Notes: generated by a model not told the origin, from the sequence alone. Numbered from the stretch's first letter, positions 1 through 12,659 are shown. The stretch is 64,000 nt of DNA from the human T2T-CHM13v2.0 reference genome, Homo sapiens (GCF_009914755.1 NC_060944.1), one strand, 5' to 3'. Numbers and translations: made by a program.

Positions 1-298
1 GGCAGAGAATCCCCTTGCGGAGGGATAACCTAGAACGTCAAACGCCTCCCTCGGGGCAGGGCTGCCTGGCTCTGCCCCTGTCCTGGCTGGGAGGCTGCCT
101 TTTTGAAACCTGCCCTGAGAGACACCTCAGGCCTGACAGCCCAACGAGGGGCCTGTGAGGCTTCAGGCAAACGCCTGAGGACTCGGACTTCAAGGCTTAT
201 GTCACCGAGAGCTGCTCCCACAGGGCTGAGGAGAAGCAGCTCAGGGAGGACCGCAGATCTGCTGGGCAGGGGCTGCACTCCTTGGGGGGCAGACTCAC

Positions 299-394
299 CC
301 CTGCCACCTCCTTGGCGTAGTTCTGGCACTCGGCGCTGGCGGCCGCCATGTGCTTTTCCAGCTCTGCCTCCAAATGCAACGTGTGCTCCCTCAC
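299..394 (-). CDS. RRBP1: RRBP1 exon 19 (VREHTLHL...KEVAG)
   Basis: GTCCAG|GTG ... GGG|GTGAGT; 96 nt. Confidence 0.94.
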
Positions 395-964
395 CTGGAC
401 AGATGCACAGACACGCACACGCATGCGCCAGCAGCCTCTGCTCAAAGGGCACTCACCTCAGGGAGCAGGCTGGCCCTGGGATAGGTGAGGCCTCTCGGGA
501 GATCCCTGAGGCCCACCAGCTACCAAGCAAACGAGAAACTAGTCCGCGGCAAGAGAACCCCTTACGGAAAGTGGCAGGCTGCACACGGGCACTCCTGGGG
601 ACTGACATGCTCTTAGATTTACTTGCAAAAGCAGGTACCAAGGGTACCTTCTCCAGGGCTCCCTGTGGCGTCTGAAGGGGGCAGTGGGGCCACCTTGACT
701 GTGAAGGCCGTGGCAGAAGCCCTGTTCACCAGGGCTGGGCAGGTCTGCACAGGGCCCGTGGCTGGGTCTCAGGGTCCTCTGAGGTAGTCAATGTCTCTCA
801 TTAAGGAAAAACAGGATGGACAAGATCCCTTGGCTTGAGAGAGAATGCCTCTCTTAAGGCACACGGTCCATGAGGAAGAAATCAGTGAAGTGTCCTCTGC
901 ATTAACGTCACTTTCAAAGAGGCTCCCGGGACAAGAGAAAGAGTTCTCTGAGCAGAGCACATAC

Positions 965-1036
965 CTGGTCCGAACTTTCAAGTTCTCCTTTTAGCTTCTC
1001 TACAATCTCTTCGAGATGCTTCACTGTGACCCGGGA
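965..1036 (-). CDS. RRBP1: RRBP1 exon 18 (SRVTVKHLEE...ESSDQ)
   Basis: TTTGTAG|TCC ... CAG|GTATGT; 72 nt. Confidence 0.94.
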
Positions 1037-1380
1037 CTACAAAGCAAGGGGAAGGCTCCGTCAGACACGAGCACCTGGGGGTGTCTCCTTCCGAGGCCAT
1101 GCTAGGACCCGAGCGGGACTGACCCAACTTAGGAAGCCCCGGGGGTGCCCACTCCGCCCAGCTGGGACGGTCACCCTGGCGCCATCTGGCAGTGTCTTCC
1201 TAGGCGGGGGCCTCCTGGAGGACGGACTGAGCTGTCATCCCGCAACTGTGCTTCATAGGGTGTCGTGGAAAAGCCCCACCGAGACACACGAGTCTCACAG
1301 GTGACAGAGACAATCCTGTCAACTCTCCCCTGGGCTTCATGTGCTCCACGGCGCCGGGAGGCAGGCAGGGCTGCATATAC

Positions 1381-1473
1381 CTTCTGGAGCTCCTCCTCTG
1401 CGGCGCCCACCTTGGCCCTCCACACCTGCTCCTCCTCCTCCACGCTCTTCTGCAGGTCTCTGAGCATGCCCTC
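1381..1473 (-). CDS. RRBP1: RRBP1 exon 17 (EGMLRD...EELQK)
   Basis: CCCCAG|GAG ... AAG|GTATAT; 93 nt. Confidence 0.95.
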
Positions 1474-2123
1474 CTGGGGGGAAACCGAGGTGAGGCAGGG
1501 CCCTCTCCCTCCCGAGACCCGCACCACACAACCGCATCTTCCTGTCCCTGCAGCCCTGGTGACCTGCCGTGCTCCGCCTGCTGACTTCATGAGCGCCAGC
1601 GTTAGGTGGGGAGGGAAGGCAACCACTGTCCTGGGAGGGAGGTCCTCTGGCCAGTGGGCCAGTGTGGCTGCAGTGCCAGGCAAGGAAATGAGGTCTGTGA
1701 CCTGCACAGGACCACTAGGATGCTTGTTACTGCCGGGGTTTGCCACCAGCACCAAGTGTGTCAATGGCCCAGGACGAGGAGCACAGGATGGGCTGGCCAG
1801 AGAGTGGCAGGGCTAGACCTGGCATTGCTCTTAGTCACAAACGGGGTTCAACCTGGCAGTCACCAGCTGCTTACCCCGTCCTTCCCCTTCCCCAGCTTAG
1901 AGACCGGCCCCGAACCTTCAACTTGGCCTTCTCTTCAGCTTAGAAACAATGACGACCTCAGAGGGTGCCATCCATTTACCATGCAGCCGAAGAACGGGGC
2001 CCAGAGTCACAAGGCCAGTGGGCTTTTCCAAAACACCAGGCCACCTCCCGCCCCATAGGCCCCGAAGCTCTCCTTCCCTGCAGCCTCCCAGGGATGCCCA
2101 GCTGACAGGTTCCCAATGCTCAC

Positions 2124-2213
2124 CGTCTCCGCCAGGATGCTGCGGTACTGGTCACACTCGGCCTGCAGTGTGCTCTGCGTCTCCTCGGCCTCCCTCAACT
2201 TGGAGGCCAGGTC
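2124..2213 (-). CDS. RRBP1: RRBP1 exon 16 (DLASKL...ILAET)
   Basis: TCTCAG|GAC ... ACG|GTGAGC; 90 nt. Confidence 0.95.
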
Positions 2214-2355
2214 CTGAGAGAGGGAAGAACAGGTGTTTAGTTAGCCACACACAAAGGTTCTTCTCTTGGCTTCCCGTTGAAATGACTTGGGGCAGCCCCT
2301 CTTCCTGGGGACAGGGGAGCCCAACAGAGGAGCCTTGCCAGGCAGCCACACTTAC

Positions 2356-2439
2356 CGAGGAGGGCTCCGCGGGAGCTGGCGGGTGCTTCAGCAGCGTGGG
2401 GCCTTTCTCTTTGAGATCCTGCAGCCACTCGGTGTAATT
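2356..2439 (-). CDS. RRBP1: RRBP1 exon 15 (NYTEWL...AEPSS)
   Basis: TTGCAG|AAT ... TCG|GTAAGT; 84 nt. Confidence 0.95.
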
Positions 2440-2520
2440 CTGCAATGAAACACATTCGGTGAGACCCGGGGACATTCCCTGAGAACTGTGAGGTCCCCGG
2501 GAACCACCCTCCCCTCCTAC

Positions 2521-2613
2521 CTGTTGTGCCAAGACAGAGAGTTCTGGGAGCAGAGCCAGCAGGGCCTCCATGGTCTGCGCCTCAATCAGACAGAGCTGCT
2601 TCTCCGATTCCTC
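2521..2613 (-). CDS. RRBP1: RRBP1 exon 14 (EESEKQL...VLAQQ)
   Basis: CCCCAG|GAG ... CAG|GTAGGA; 93 nt. Confidence 0.95.
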
Positions 2614-4188
2614 CTGGGGGGTGGGTGGGGAAGAGCGGAAGGTGTTCAGCTGTGGAGGTGTGGGGCACCTCCCCAGGTCTTTACTGATATGCCCGGGTCT
2701 CTGCCCCAGAAAGGGCACATCCTCAGCTCTTCAGGGAAGCGACAAGAATCAAAGGAGAAGATGAGGCTCCATGGGGCTGACTGTAAGCAGAGGGGTTACC
2801 CAGCCTGTATCTGGTCCATTTCAAACAGACTAAGCTCTGATGAAAGGAGCATACTGGGTCAGGCCAAGATGGCAGGTGCCAGCTCCCGGGACATCTCCCA
2901 GCAGGGACAGTCTCCACCAGCTCTCACTTCCCGAGCTCTCTGGGCATGTGTGCATGTGTGGGGGAATTTGGGGGGTCCGCAGTTGATGTGTGAGAGCCAG
3001 GGCAGGAAGAAGGGATGGGAGGACACTCATGGCCCCCAATGTTTTGGAATCTAGAGCTGTGATGGGGATGGGGGTGAAGGCAGGGAAGCAGTGCGTCTGC
3101 TGGCGGCACCACGGTTAGGGGCTAGTGGCAGCCAGGAAGGGGCAACCCAGAGAGGCTCATCTCCAGCCACCCTGGAGAGGGTGGATCAGCATTCCCCCTC
3201 TGCAGAGGGAGAAGCCCACTCAGAGGAGACAGGGACTTTGCACCCTGTGCCATGCTGGGTCGGACACCCCCTCAGTCCTCAACGAAGAGCCAGCGGCCCC
3301 CATTCAAAGCACAACAAAGATAAGGAAACAAAAGGAAACAAAGGGGGCCCAAGGGAATCATGAAGCAAAGCCTAGGACCACAGTGTCCCCCGGGAGAGAG
3401 CTGGGCTCTCCCACACCCCGAGGGGAAGGCTGCTGGGGTAACAGCCTGTGTCTGGCCCTGCCACCACCTGGACAGGCCTGGCCTAAGACCCAGGGAGGCC
3501 CCAGGAACTCCACCTGGATCAGAGCTGATGGAGTGTTAACTCCCCCAAGCAGAGTCCTGGAATGTGCATGAAGGATGCTGACCACCGGACACCCAGCCTG
3601 AGCGCAGCGCCCTCTGGCCTGACGCACACCTGAGAAGCGGGCCCTTCCTGGCTGGCCAAGTTATCCACAGGTAGGGCCCGTGACCCATGTGGACCCTTGA
3701 CCTCACGACCACCACTGAGGCCTCTAGTTGTGAGTCAAGGCAAGCTGGGGACCCAGAGGCCACCTTCTATCTGGATGTGTGACCACAATCAAGTCAGGTG
3801 ACATCTCTGGTCACAGCTTCATTTACCACATGGTAGCCAGACAGTCTCTGAGGTCACTGGGGGCTACAAGGCCAAGATTCTAGGAGTCTAACTATAGCTC
3901 TCACAGGGTGGCCTGAGGCCATCCTTCACCTCCTGCCCTAGCTAGTTGTCCTCATCTGATACAACCCTCAGGCTTCCTGGGAATCACCGCAAAGCTCCTG
4001 CCATTGGGGCAGATATTCCTGTGAGAGAGGCTGGGAGTGGAGGCCCTTTCATGAGGTAGGAAACCGTGTGTGACCTCAAAGTGTGGGCAGGGCCTTTAGT
4101 TGCAGCTGCTGCTGGCCATGTCCCCTGGCCAGAGCCTCCTCACTGGCTCCTGGACAGCCCAGCACCCCAAAAGCAACCCGTGGGCTCA

Positions 4189-4729
<541 letters not shown>

Positions 4730-4935
4730 TCACTGCCTCCAGTCCCACCCCAGCAGCTCTGTACCCTCAGCCAGAGAGACCAGCACGGAGAAGCCCATCA
4801 AGGGGGCACCCCCATCCCTCTCTTGGAAAGGAGCAAGTGAAGAAGGGAAGGACGGCAGGGAAGGAGGTGGGAGGGGGAGGTGGATGTAGAGCCGGGGTCT
4901 GGCGTGGACTCAGGAGCTCTGAGGCCAAGGCCACT

Positions 4936-5203
4936 CTGTGCGCACTTAGTGCACTGTGTGCGTCCTAGTGCACCTGTGCGTCTGTGTGTCCTAGTGCGTC
5001 TGTACGTCCTAGTGCCTCTGTGTCTGTCCTAGTGCCCCTGTGTGTCCTAGTGCGTCTGTGCGTACTAGTGCATCTGTGTGTCCTAGTGCTTCTATGCGTT
5101 CCTAGTGCCTCTGTATGTCTGTCCTAGTGCATCTGTGCGTCCTAGAGCATCTGGTGTCCTAGTGCATCTGTACGTCTTAGTGCATTTGTGCATCCTAGTG
5201 CAC
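4936..5203. repeat. ~18-bp minisatellite (CCTAGTGCATCTGTGTGT-like), about 14 units
   Basis: CTAGTGC motif recurring at ~18-bp spacing. Confidence 0.9.
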
Positions 5204-5241
5204 TTTCCATGGTGGGGGTGTGAGTGTGGTCGGGCTCTGAC

Positions 5242-5334
5242 CTTGGCCTGGGTCAGGGAGTGCAGCTTCTCCTTGCAGGCCTGCTCGGCCGTGGCCAGTG
5301 CCTCCATGGCCTTCCAGTTCTTCTCCCGGAGGTC
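5242..5334 (-). CDS. RRBP1: RRBP1 exon 13 (DLREKNW...LTQAK)
   Basis: CTCCAG|GAC ... AAG|GTCAGA; 93 nt. Confidence 0.95.
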
Positions 5335-6177
5335 CTGGAGGGGACACAGGTGAAAGGTCAGCAGCCTGCACTGGCAGCACGGGCTGCCTAAGCTGGTGTC
5401 AGACAGGACAGGGCCCAGAGACCCTCCTTGATGCCACCCTGGCCCACAGAGGACCTGCCACGGGACAAAATGCCCCTTCCTTGGCCCATGACCATGGCGC
5501 CTGAACACAAGGCCTGGGTGCCGTAGCCAGAGGCGGGCAGCATGGCACAGGGTGAAGAGGTGGCGCCCTTTCGATAAAGACACCACTAGCCAAAGGGAGG
5601 AGGGAGGGCCAGCCTGTGTCCTCAAAGGGAAGAGGTTCCTGCTACCAAATGGTTAGTGCTGATCCCTTGGGCCAGCTCTGGCAGAGCCTGGCACAGGGAG
5701 GCCAAGGCCAGGGCCTGCCTTGGGAAGCTGCAGCCTCTGCAGGGAGCAACAGGGCCAGCCAGCAAGCCCGGCTCTGTGAGAAGGGGGCAGGAGGGTGTGG
5801 CCGAGGCCACACCAGGACAGCAGGCATGCCACCTGCCGAGCTTCTACATCCCCTTCTCCTGGGACCAGGATCCCCACTTAGGGCAACCACGTGACTCAGG
5901 CCAGGCCAACAGCACACTGTCCCCACCCCAGGGATGACTCCACGCTTGAGCGAGTGGCGCAGGCTGATCCACAGGCAGTCAGCCCTGGGTCTTTGGCGGA
6001 ACTCAGGGGTGAGTAGAAGCACCCCCCACACCCTGGACCCCCACAGCACAATGGGGTGTAGAAACACAAGCTCAGCCCTCCCCCGAGTCCAGGGCGGGTG
6101 CCACATAGCAGAACCTTTCCCGGCCCCACCTGTGCTTCCCTGGCCCGTCCGTCCCCGCCTGTGCCTGCCGCACTCAC

Positions 6178-6268
6178 ATTGTTCTTCACTTTCTGCTGCT
6201 CGACGGCCTCCCTGAGCTCGATGGCCTCCTTCTCCAGACCCGACACCTGGGACTCCAGCTCCTTGAGG
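6178..6268 (-). CDS. RRBP1: RRBP1 exon 12 (LKELESQ...KVKNN)
   Basis: CCTTCAG|C ... AAT|GTGAGT; 91 nt. Confidence 0.95.
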
Positions 6269-8017
6269 CTGAAGGGACACAACGAGGTCACCGCCTAGGC
6301 TCCAAGGGGCTACAGCCCCTACAGATCCCACCTGAGGCCCCATCCAGGGAGGAGTACCTTCGAGGCTGAACCATCTGGCCAGGGACGGTCCCCTCTGGCT
6401 GCCCCCACCTCACCCAGCGTGAGCTCCCAGGGAAGCCTGAGCAGCCCCCAACACCCTCCCCTCCCCCCGCCATCCAGAGCACTGACCCCAGAGCTGTCAC
6501 CAGAGTCCCAGTTGGTGACACCGGAGAGCTGGGTTTCCAGGAGAGGTGGAATCGTGACCCTGCCCTCAGAGCTCTCCTGGGGCCCTCACAGCTTTTCCCT
6601 GCATCATGTGACAGCCTCCGCCGGCAAATCACCCCAAGAGCGTCCCCAAAAGAATGAGACTCCGAGGAAGAGGTGTCAGCAGGCCAGTGGCAAGGACACA
6701 CTGACAATCACACCCTTGGCAGCCACTGCCCGAATTCTAGAATATCTGGGGCTGAATCGCTCCTCTCTACTCCAGAGCAGGATGGCCCAGCCTACACATA
6801 ACTTTCAGATCAACTGTTTGAGAAGGAAATAAAAGCACCAATTTCTGCCAGACACATCTACATGATGCAAGAAAATTCAGATTAATCCTAACTACAACAT
6901 GAGTTCATTATCCTAGTAATATGCTGTGTGGCCCAAGAATCTGATCTTAAAACACAAGAGCAAAACAACAACCTCTCTACCCCAACAAACACCACCAGGA
7001 GAAACAAAGTTTGCCCATGCTTTTTGGGAAAGGAAGGTGGACAAGGTTTGGTTGTGGGTCATTCTGGGCCCTCAGGGCGGCTGGCTTCCTTTCCCAGTCC
7101 CCAAGCCGCAGAGCCCAAATGCCAGGGAACATGGGCTGTGGCCTGGGGAGCTGCCTCTGCTGAGAGGCACACAGGGAGGTGCTTCTTTGGTGACGAGGGT
7201 CAGGACAAGGGAACTTTGTGAACTGATGGCCTACGACACATCTGACCGTGTGCGAGGGAATGCAGGACACCCTCCATGCCTCCCCCACCTACTGCTGCAT
7301 GGACCCCTAGCCACGGCGGCCAGGACCTGCCTCCCCAGACTGTGGGCATGTGCTACAGGAGGCGAGCCCCAGAAGTGACGGTCACAAGGACTCCGGCCCC
7401 TGACTCGAGCCACCCCACCCAGGTGTTGGCTCCGGCCTTAGCAACAGCAAATAAACACTCCCCGAACATGGCCTGGCGCTGGTGCTGCTGACACGGAGGG
7501 AAAACAAGGTCTGGCCAGCAGTGAAGTCACCTCACAGATGGAGGAAAACAACGCTGAGACGCTGCCAGCTCTGCCCCGACGCCTCAAACCTGTGCTCCAG
7601 CAGCAAGCCTGGGTTCGCCATTCTGGGTTGTGCAACCATTTTTCCTGTTAGAGTTCCTGACCTCAGCCCCTAAAATCCCTTGCTTGTACACACAGAACCT
7701 CTGACCAGTCAGTCCCTTCCCACAGAGAGATGGACAGGTGGATGGACGGACGGCAGGTGGCAGGGGGTGCTCCCACCCTGGCTGAGGCCACTCTGGAACG
7801 ATGTGATCACGAAGCTCTCTGCAAGGCCGCCTTCTTTCCCGCCCAGGCCTGTCCCCTGTCCTCTAAATCACCGGAGGATGGGGGAGGGAAGGGAGCCTCT
7901 GAAAGGGGCTCTTCTGCAGAGGACCTGAGCACCCTCCTGAAAACCCTGGCCCCCCAAGGGTCTTTGGTCCCCCGGGCTGAGGCTCAAGTGAGCAGGCAGG
8001 CTGCTTCCCCAGCTTAC

Positions 8018-8052
8018 CGAGTCTGCTGCTGGTCAGCCTCCGCCTGGCTGGC
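8018..8052 (-). CDS. RRBP1: RRBP1 exon 11, 35-nt small exon (ASQAEADQQQTR)
   Basis: TTCCAG|GCC ... TCG|GTAAGC; phase 2 matches the exon 12 acceptor. Confidence 0.93.
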
Positions 8053-8173
8053 CTGGAATGAGAGACAAAAGCTCCTTGGTCTCCAGGAGACTCATCTCAC
8101 GCAGCGGGGCTAGTCCACCCACCTGCTAGATGGAGTTCCCTTTCCTCCCCGTGGCCCCAGGCAGAAGGCTGAC

Positions 8174-8352
8174 CTGGACGTCCTGGGCATCCCGCGCCTG
8201 GCCCGCCTCCAGCAGGGCCTCAATGGAACGGATTCTCTCTGTGAGCTGGGAGTTCTCCGCCCTGGCCTCCTGGAGCTGCCCGTGGAGGCCACTCAGCTCC
8301 TCGCATTTGCTGCGCACCTCCGCCTCGGAGGACTGTAACTTGCTGTGCAGCT
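8174..8352 (-). CDS. RRBP1: RRBP1 exon 10 (ELHSKL...AQDVQ)
   Basis: CACCAG|AG ... CAG|GTCAGC; 179 nt. Confidence 0.95.
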
Positions 8353-9468
8353 CTGGTGCAGAGGAAGGGAAACGAGAAGTTAAGAGACTGCAAACCCCAG
8401 GGGGTGTGGAGGATGCCCTCACTGCTGCCCTCTTAGCACATGTGGGGCACCGAGGGCTTCCTCCTGCCTCCTCTGTGTGTCTGGGGCTCTTAAGACATAC
8501 TACTGACCACTGGGGCCTCTTGTTAGCGGTTGAAGAAAGTGCCACTCTGGCATCACTTCTGAGAACCGTCAGGGTAGAATGCAATGCTCTCAGGACACTC
8601 ATGAGAAAATGATAGAGAGTGGAAACGGACTCCAGCTGAGGCTTTTAAAGATTCATCTTCTAGAAGACTCTTTTTCTTACTGAGACCAGAAGTTCCTTAG
8701 AAAGTGGCTAGGTGGACCCCACTGCCACACCTCCCCCACCTCCCTGGCTGGGTCCCCCTCAACCCCCAAGACCTCTTCACAGTCGAGAAAGGCCAGGGGG
8801 TGACTCTTCTGCCCTGGGCCCCTTTCTCCCCTTGAGGTGTCCTCCTCCTCAGGTCACCTCAGACAGTCCCATGGGTCTAAGTGTCATCTTCGTGCCTCTG
8901 AGGCTGCACTCTCCCCAACCCCAGGCTCTGCCATCTGCCTCTTCTAAATGAAGCTCTAGTTAGACAACGCAAACCCAACATCCCGACCTCCCAGGACTCC
9001 TCATCTTCCTCCCTCGCCCACTGCCGAAGCCTACGAGCCCACACCCGCCATCTGTCAAGTTGCCCTCTTCACTAGCACCTCTGCGGCCACCTGGGCCCTG
9101 CCCTGTTGCCTTGGGCCTCAGCAACTGCAAGGCCTCATCCCTGGTCTCCATGGGCCACTCGTGCCCCTCTGGTCTGCTCTCCACCTGGTGTCAGTGTCCA
9201 GAAGCGCACATGAGACGACTTCATCTCCTGCCCCAAGCACTTCTGTCACACCTTCCACGGTGCCCAAGCTCCTCAGAGGGAGGGTGACCTGGCCCTGCCC
9301 CGCCACCAGCCTTCTCCTTCCAGCCACACTTGTTAGCCCATTTCTCACATAGGCCAAGTCAGTTCATTCCCACCTCCGGGCCCTGTGCTGGCCTCTGCCA
9401 TGCATCCCCTCCTGCCTCAGAGAGTCTCCAGGACCACGCAATCTAAAGCCATGCCCAGCCCTCTGGAG

Positions 9469-9776
9469 CAGGGGCCGGGAAGCTGGGGCCGTGCCTCCCA
9501 ACCTCCATTTTTCCAAGTGATATCAATGAAGCTTTCTTTGAACACAGCCAGGCCCCTCTGTTCACTCGGTGTTAATGGGCACTTTTGCCCACTGTGGCAG
9601 AGCTGAACAGTTGTGACAGAGACTGGCCAGAAGCATTCACCATCCATCCCCGACAGAAACAGTTCACCCGGTGTTAACGGGCACTTTTGCCCACTGTGGC
9701 AGAGCTGAGCAGTTGTGACAGAGACTGGCCAGAAGCATTCACCATCCATCCCTCACAGAAACAGTTGCCAACCCTG
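9469..9776 (-). mobile_element. MER58-like hAT-Charlie MITE with internal 102-bp tandem duplication
   Basis: Termini CAGGGG.../...CCCTG; internal GTCTCTGTCACAACT..CTCTGCC and GGCTGTGTTC motifs (minus strand) resemble MER58A by recall. Confidence 0.7.
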
Positions 9777-10492
9777 CCCTGAACACAGTCCCTGTGTAGA
9801 GGGCCCTGCTGTGCAATCCTGTCCTTGCAGGTGACTCTGTCGTGTAACCCCCAGTCCAGCCCAGCCCGGCACCCACGGCAGTGCTTGGCCTGGGGAGGGG
9901 CTCGGGAAGCGCCAGTGAGCCAAGGGCCACGGGCCTCTCACTGGCACCTTCAGCTCCCTTTCTCCAGGGGCTCTCGGCCCTCCATCCCTGTCACCCTTTC
10001 CATGATCGACTGGAGCAAGGGAACCACAGGCTTGTAAATCCTGCCTGGCCTTCTGGGCTGACTGAGCTGGGAGAGTAGAAAGGCCCAGAACACACATTTA
10101 GCTGAGACGCCTCAGGATCTCCCTGGTTCATCCACAGCCACTGCGGACCCAGGCTTGGGAGGGAAGCAGTGCCTTCCACCCCCATATGCCCTGCTCCCAT
10201 GCACCAGGCCCTCACAGGCCTTGCCCCCCACTTCTAGCCCCTGTAGGTCCCATCCTCACAGCTCCATCCCCCCACCTCTGGACTGCGCCTATAGGCTGAC
10301 TGCGCCCCCCGCCAGCCCCTGACTGGGCATAATCCCCTGCTCTTTGACTTTCTGAGGGGCAGTCAAGGGATCCGTGCTGCCCTCACCCAACAGGCCTAAC
10401 CCACTGAGTTCTGGCACTGGCAGTGGGGCTGGGCCGGCATGCAGACCCAGCACCCTGCACTGAACCCCCGGCCCCACTGCCGCCGCCCTTAC

Positions 10493-10631
10493 CGGCCATC
10501 TGCTGCTGTTGCTCCTGGGCCTTCTCGGCATCCGCCCGGAGGCTGGCGTGGCTGCTCTGCGTGTGGCACAGCTCCCGGCTGACCTCGTCCAGGCGCTTCT
10601 GCAGGGCCTCCTCACTCTCCCTGTGGGACGC
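10493..10631 (-). CDS. RRBP1: RRBP1 exon 9 (ASHRESEE...QQQQMA)
   Basis: CCCCAG|GCG ... CCG|GTAAGG; 139 nt, phase 1. Confidence 0.95.
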
Positions 10632-11100
10632 CTGGGGACGGGCAGGGGAGTGGGGCAGTGAAGACGTGGAAGGACCAGGCCCTCAGCGGCTCTGCGGTGG
10701 AGGCGGACAGAGCTCTTTACCCCACCAAAGCCCCGTGCAGTCTCTGGTCCATGCGGGAAGGAAATGCATCCCTCGAGGCTCTAGAACCCGCACAGGCTTC
10801 ACTTCGGCCAGAACCCTTTCATGGGGAGAAGGCAGCTGCCAGGGACCCACACTCACTTCCCAGTTCTTTTCTGAGTCCCTATTTTTACATTCTCAAGTGA
10901 TTCATGAAGACATGGTTACTGCAAGAGTCCAAAGATACTGATTCAGAGTAAACTAGCGACATTTCCCAATCCAGTCCTCGATTCCTCTCCCAGGGGCGGA
11001 CAGCTTGGTGGGTCTCCCACCTGCAGCTCCACATGTTACACACACACACGCACGGTGCACCACTGCGATCACGCTATAGGGCAGTGCTCTTAGTTCTTAA

Positions 11101-11181
11101 TATTAGGTTGAACCACGTGAAATTGTCAGTGTTTGACCATTTTTACCTACAAAAATGGCAATTTCACATGCTTCAAAAGTA
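11101..11181. mobile_element. MADE2-like mariner MITE (palindromic)
   Basis: TATTAGGTTGAACCACGTGAAATTG...CAATTTCACATGCTTCAA inverted termini, about 80 bp. Confidence 0.75.
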
Positions 11182-12659
11182 TCTCAGAGACATTTCCTCA
11201 CTCAGGACAGACAGGCCCACCACACCCTTGTTTAGGAGCCACACAGAGCTTCAGTGTTTGCCCAGTTCCCGGCTCAGTGTCAGGCAGGCTCTGGCAGTCC
11301 CAGTCGGTGCTCCACAGGACACCCTCATCCACCTGTAAAGGATTCCCACACACTGGGGCAGAAGTGCTGGCCAAGGCCTCCATTTAACCAGCCCTTTGGA
11401 GAACTCAGTTCTCCAAAAAGCCCAACCACTGATTATTCATTAACAAGCTTGTCTGGGGGCAGAACCAGGTAAGAGGGGCATCAACAGATGACTGCTGTTT
11501 GAATAAGAGGCTGTGAGTTATCCCTCGTCAATGCCTTTACCAAGCTGATCCCATCCACATCCATTTTCATTTTCTTTTAGGGCAATGGCTGCACAACCTG
11601 GAGCTGGGGTAACTGCTCAGATGAGCACCATCCGGGCAGAGGCGTGGCTGGAGCCAGTGAAGCCATCACCAAGGAGGTGGCCACTAGGCCGTGGTTCACG
11701 TGTACTGTGCAGTGAAAACTGGGGGCAGCTTTAGGATGGGCAGTGCTTTCTGCATTAGAACGTAGCAGGGGATTACTCAGTTCCAACTCCTAGGGAGGAA
11801 ACGAAAGAAAGGAGTGACTGCAAGCTGCTCCCAGAAAGCACACCTGCTTCTCCTCTGCCAGGTGTCCCGGGCAGGAGCCTGCCTTGCACCCACCGGCTCC
11901 AACACCCTCACACCTCTGCCTCGACCAGGATACATAGGGCAGGGTCATTACACGACTGGAAGAAAACACACCAGCTGCTGCTGCTTTTTTTCTTTAAGAA
12001 AAGGGACTCCAGCTCAGACTGCAGGGAGACTGACCACACATGTTCTTCCGTTTGTTACTAACATTGATTAGAACTCTGATTCCAGCAACAAGCAAACAAA
12101 AACCCACCCACCTTCAGGAACCCCAAACTTAAAATCTTTGATGGAAACCACGGGCCTCCATCTTAAGACCTCAGGTGACAACTGTCTTTGCCTTGAAGAG
12201 AATGTTGTTAGCACAGCCAATCACACTGAACAATTTCAGAAGCGGGTCCCGTGGCTGGGTGGGCCCAGCTGGGGACTTTCATAAGGCCCTCCTGGATTTC
12301 TAAGATTCAGTTCTTCTAGAAGGATGTCATCAGCACCTTCAATGGGTACTTTCTTCCAAGCAGGCCCCAAGAGGCCGTCCGGGGAGAGACAGGCAATGAG
12401 GGGCAGGGCACCTCCCTGATGCCAGTGCTCCAGGACCGAAGGTCAGCACAGGCCACCCCCGCCCTCATTCCTGCAGAGCTGGCTGGCAGTGAAGGGGCCT
12501 CAGGTGAAGGCAGGACAGTCACAATATGGAAAGAGCCCCATTTTCACCTCAGCAAAAAAGAGACATTTTCTACAACCTCAACCGCCAGTCTGACTTGGAG
12601 ATATCTTGAATAAAATTTTGTAGAGTTCACATTGAGCTCTTTTTCTGAAAAGCACTGAT

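Noticed and set aside
2611-2616. NAGNAG acceptors (CAG GAG) at exons 6, 14 and 17
   Set aside because: A distal GAG is rarely used; no supporting evidence from sequence alone
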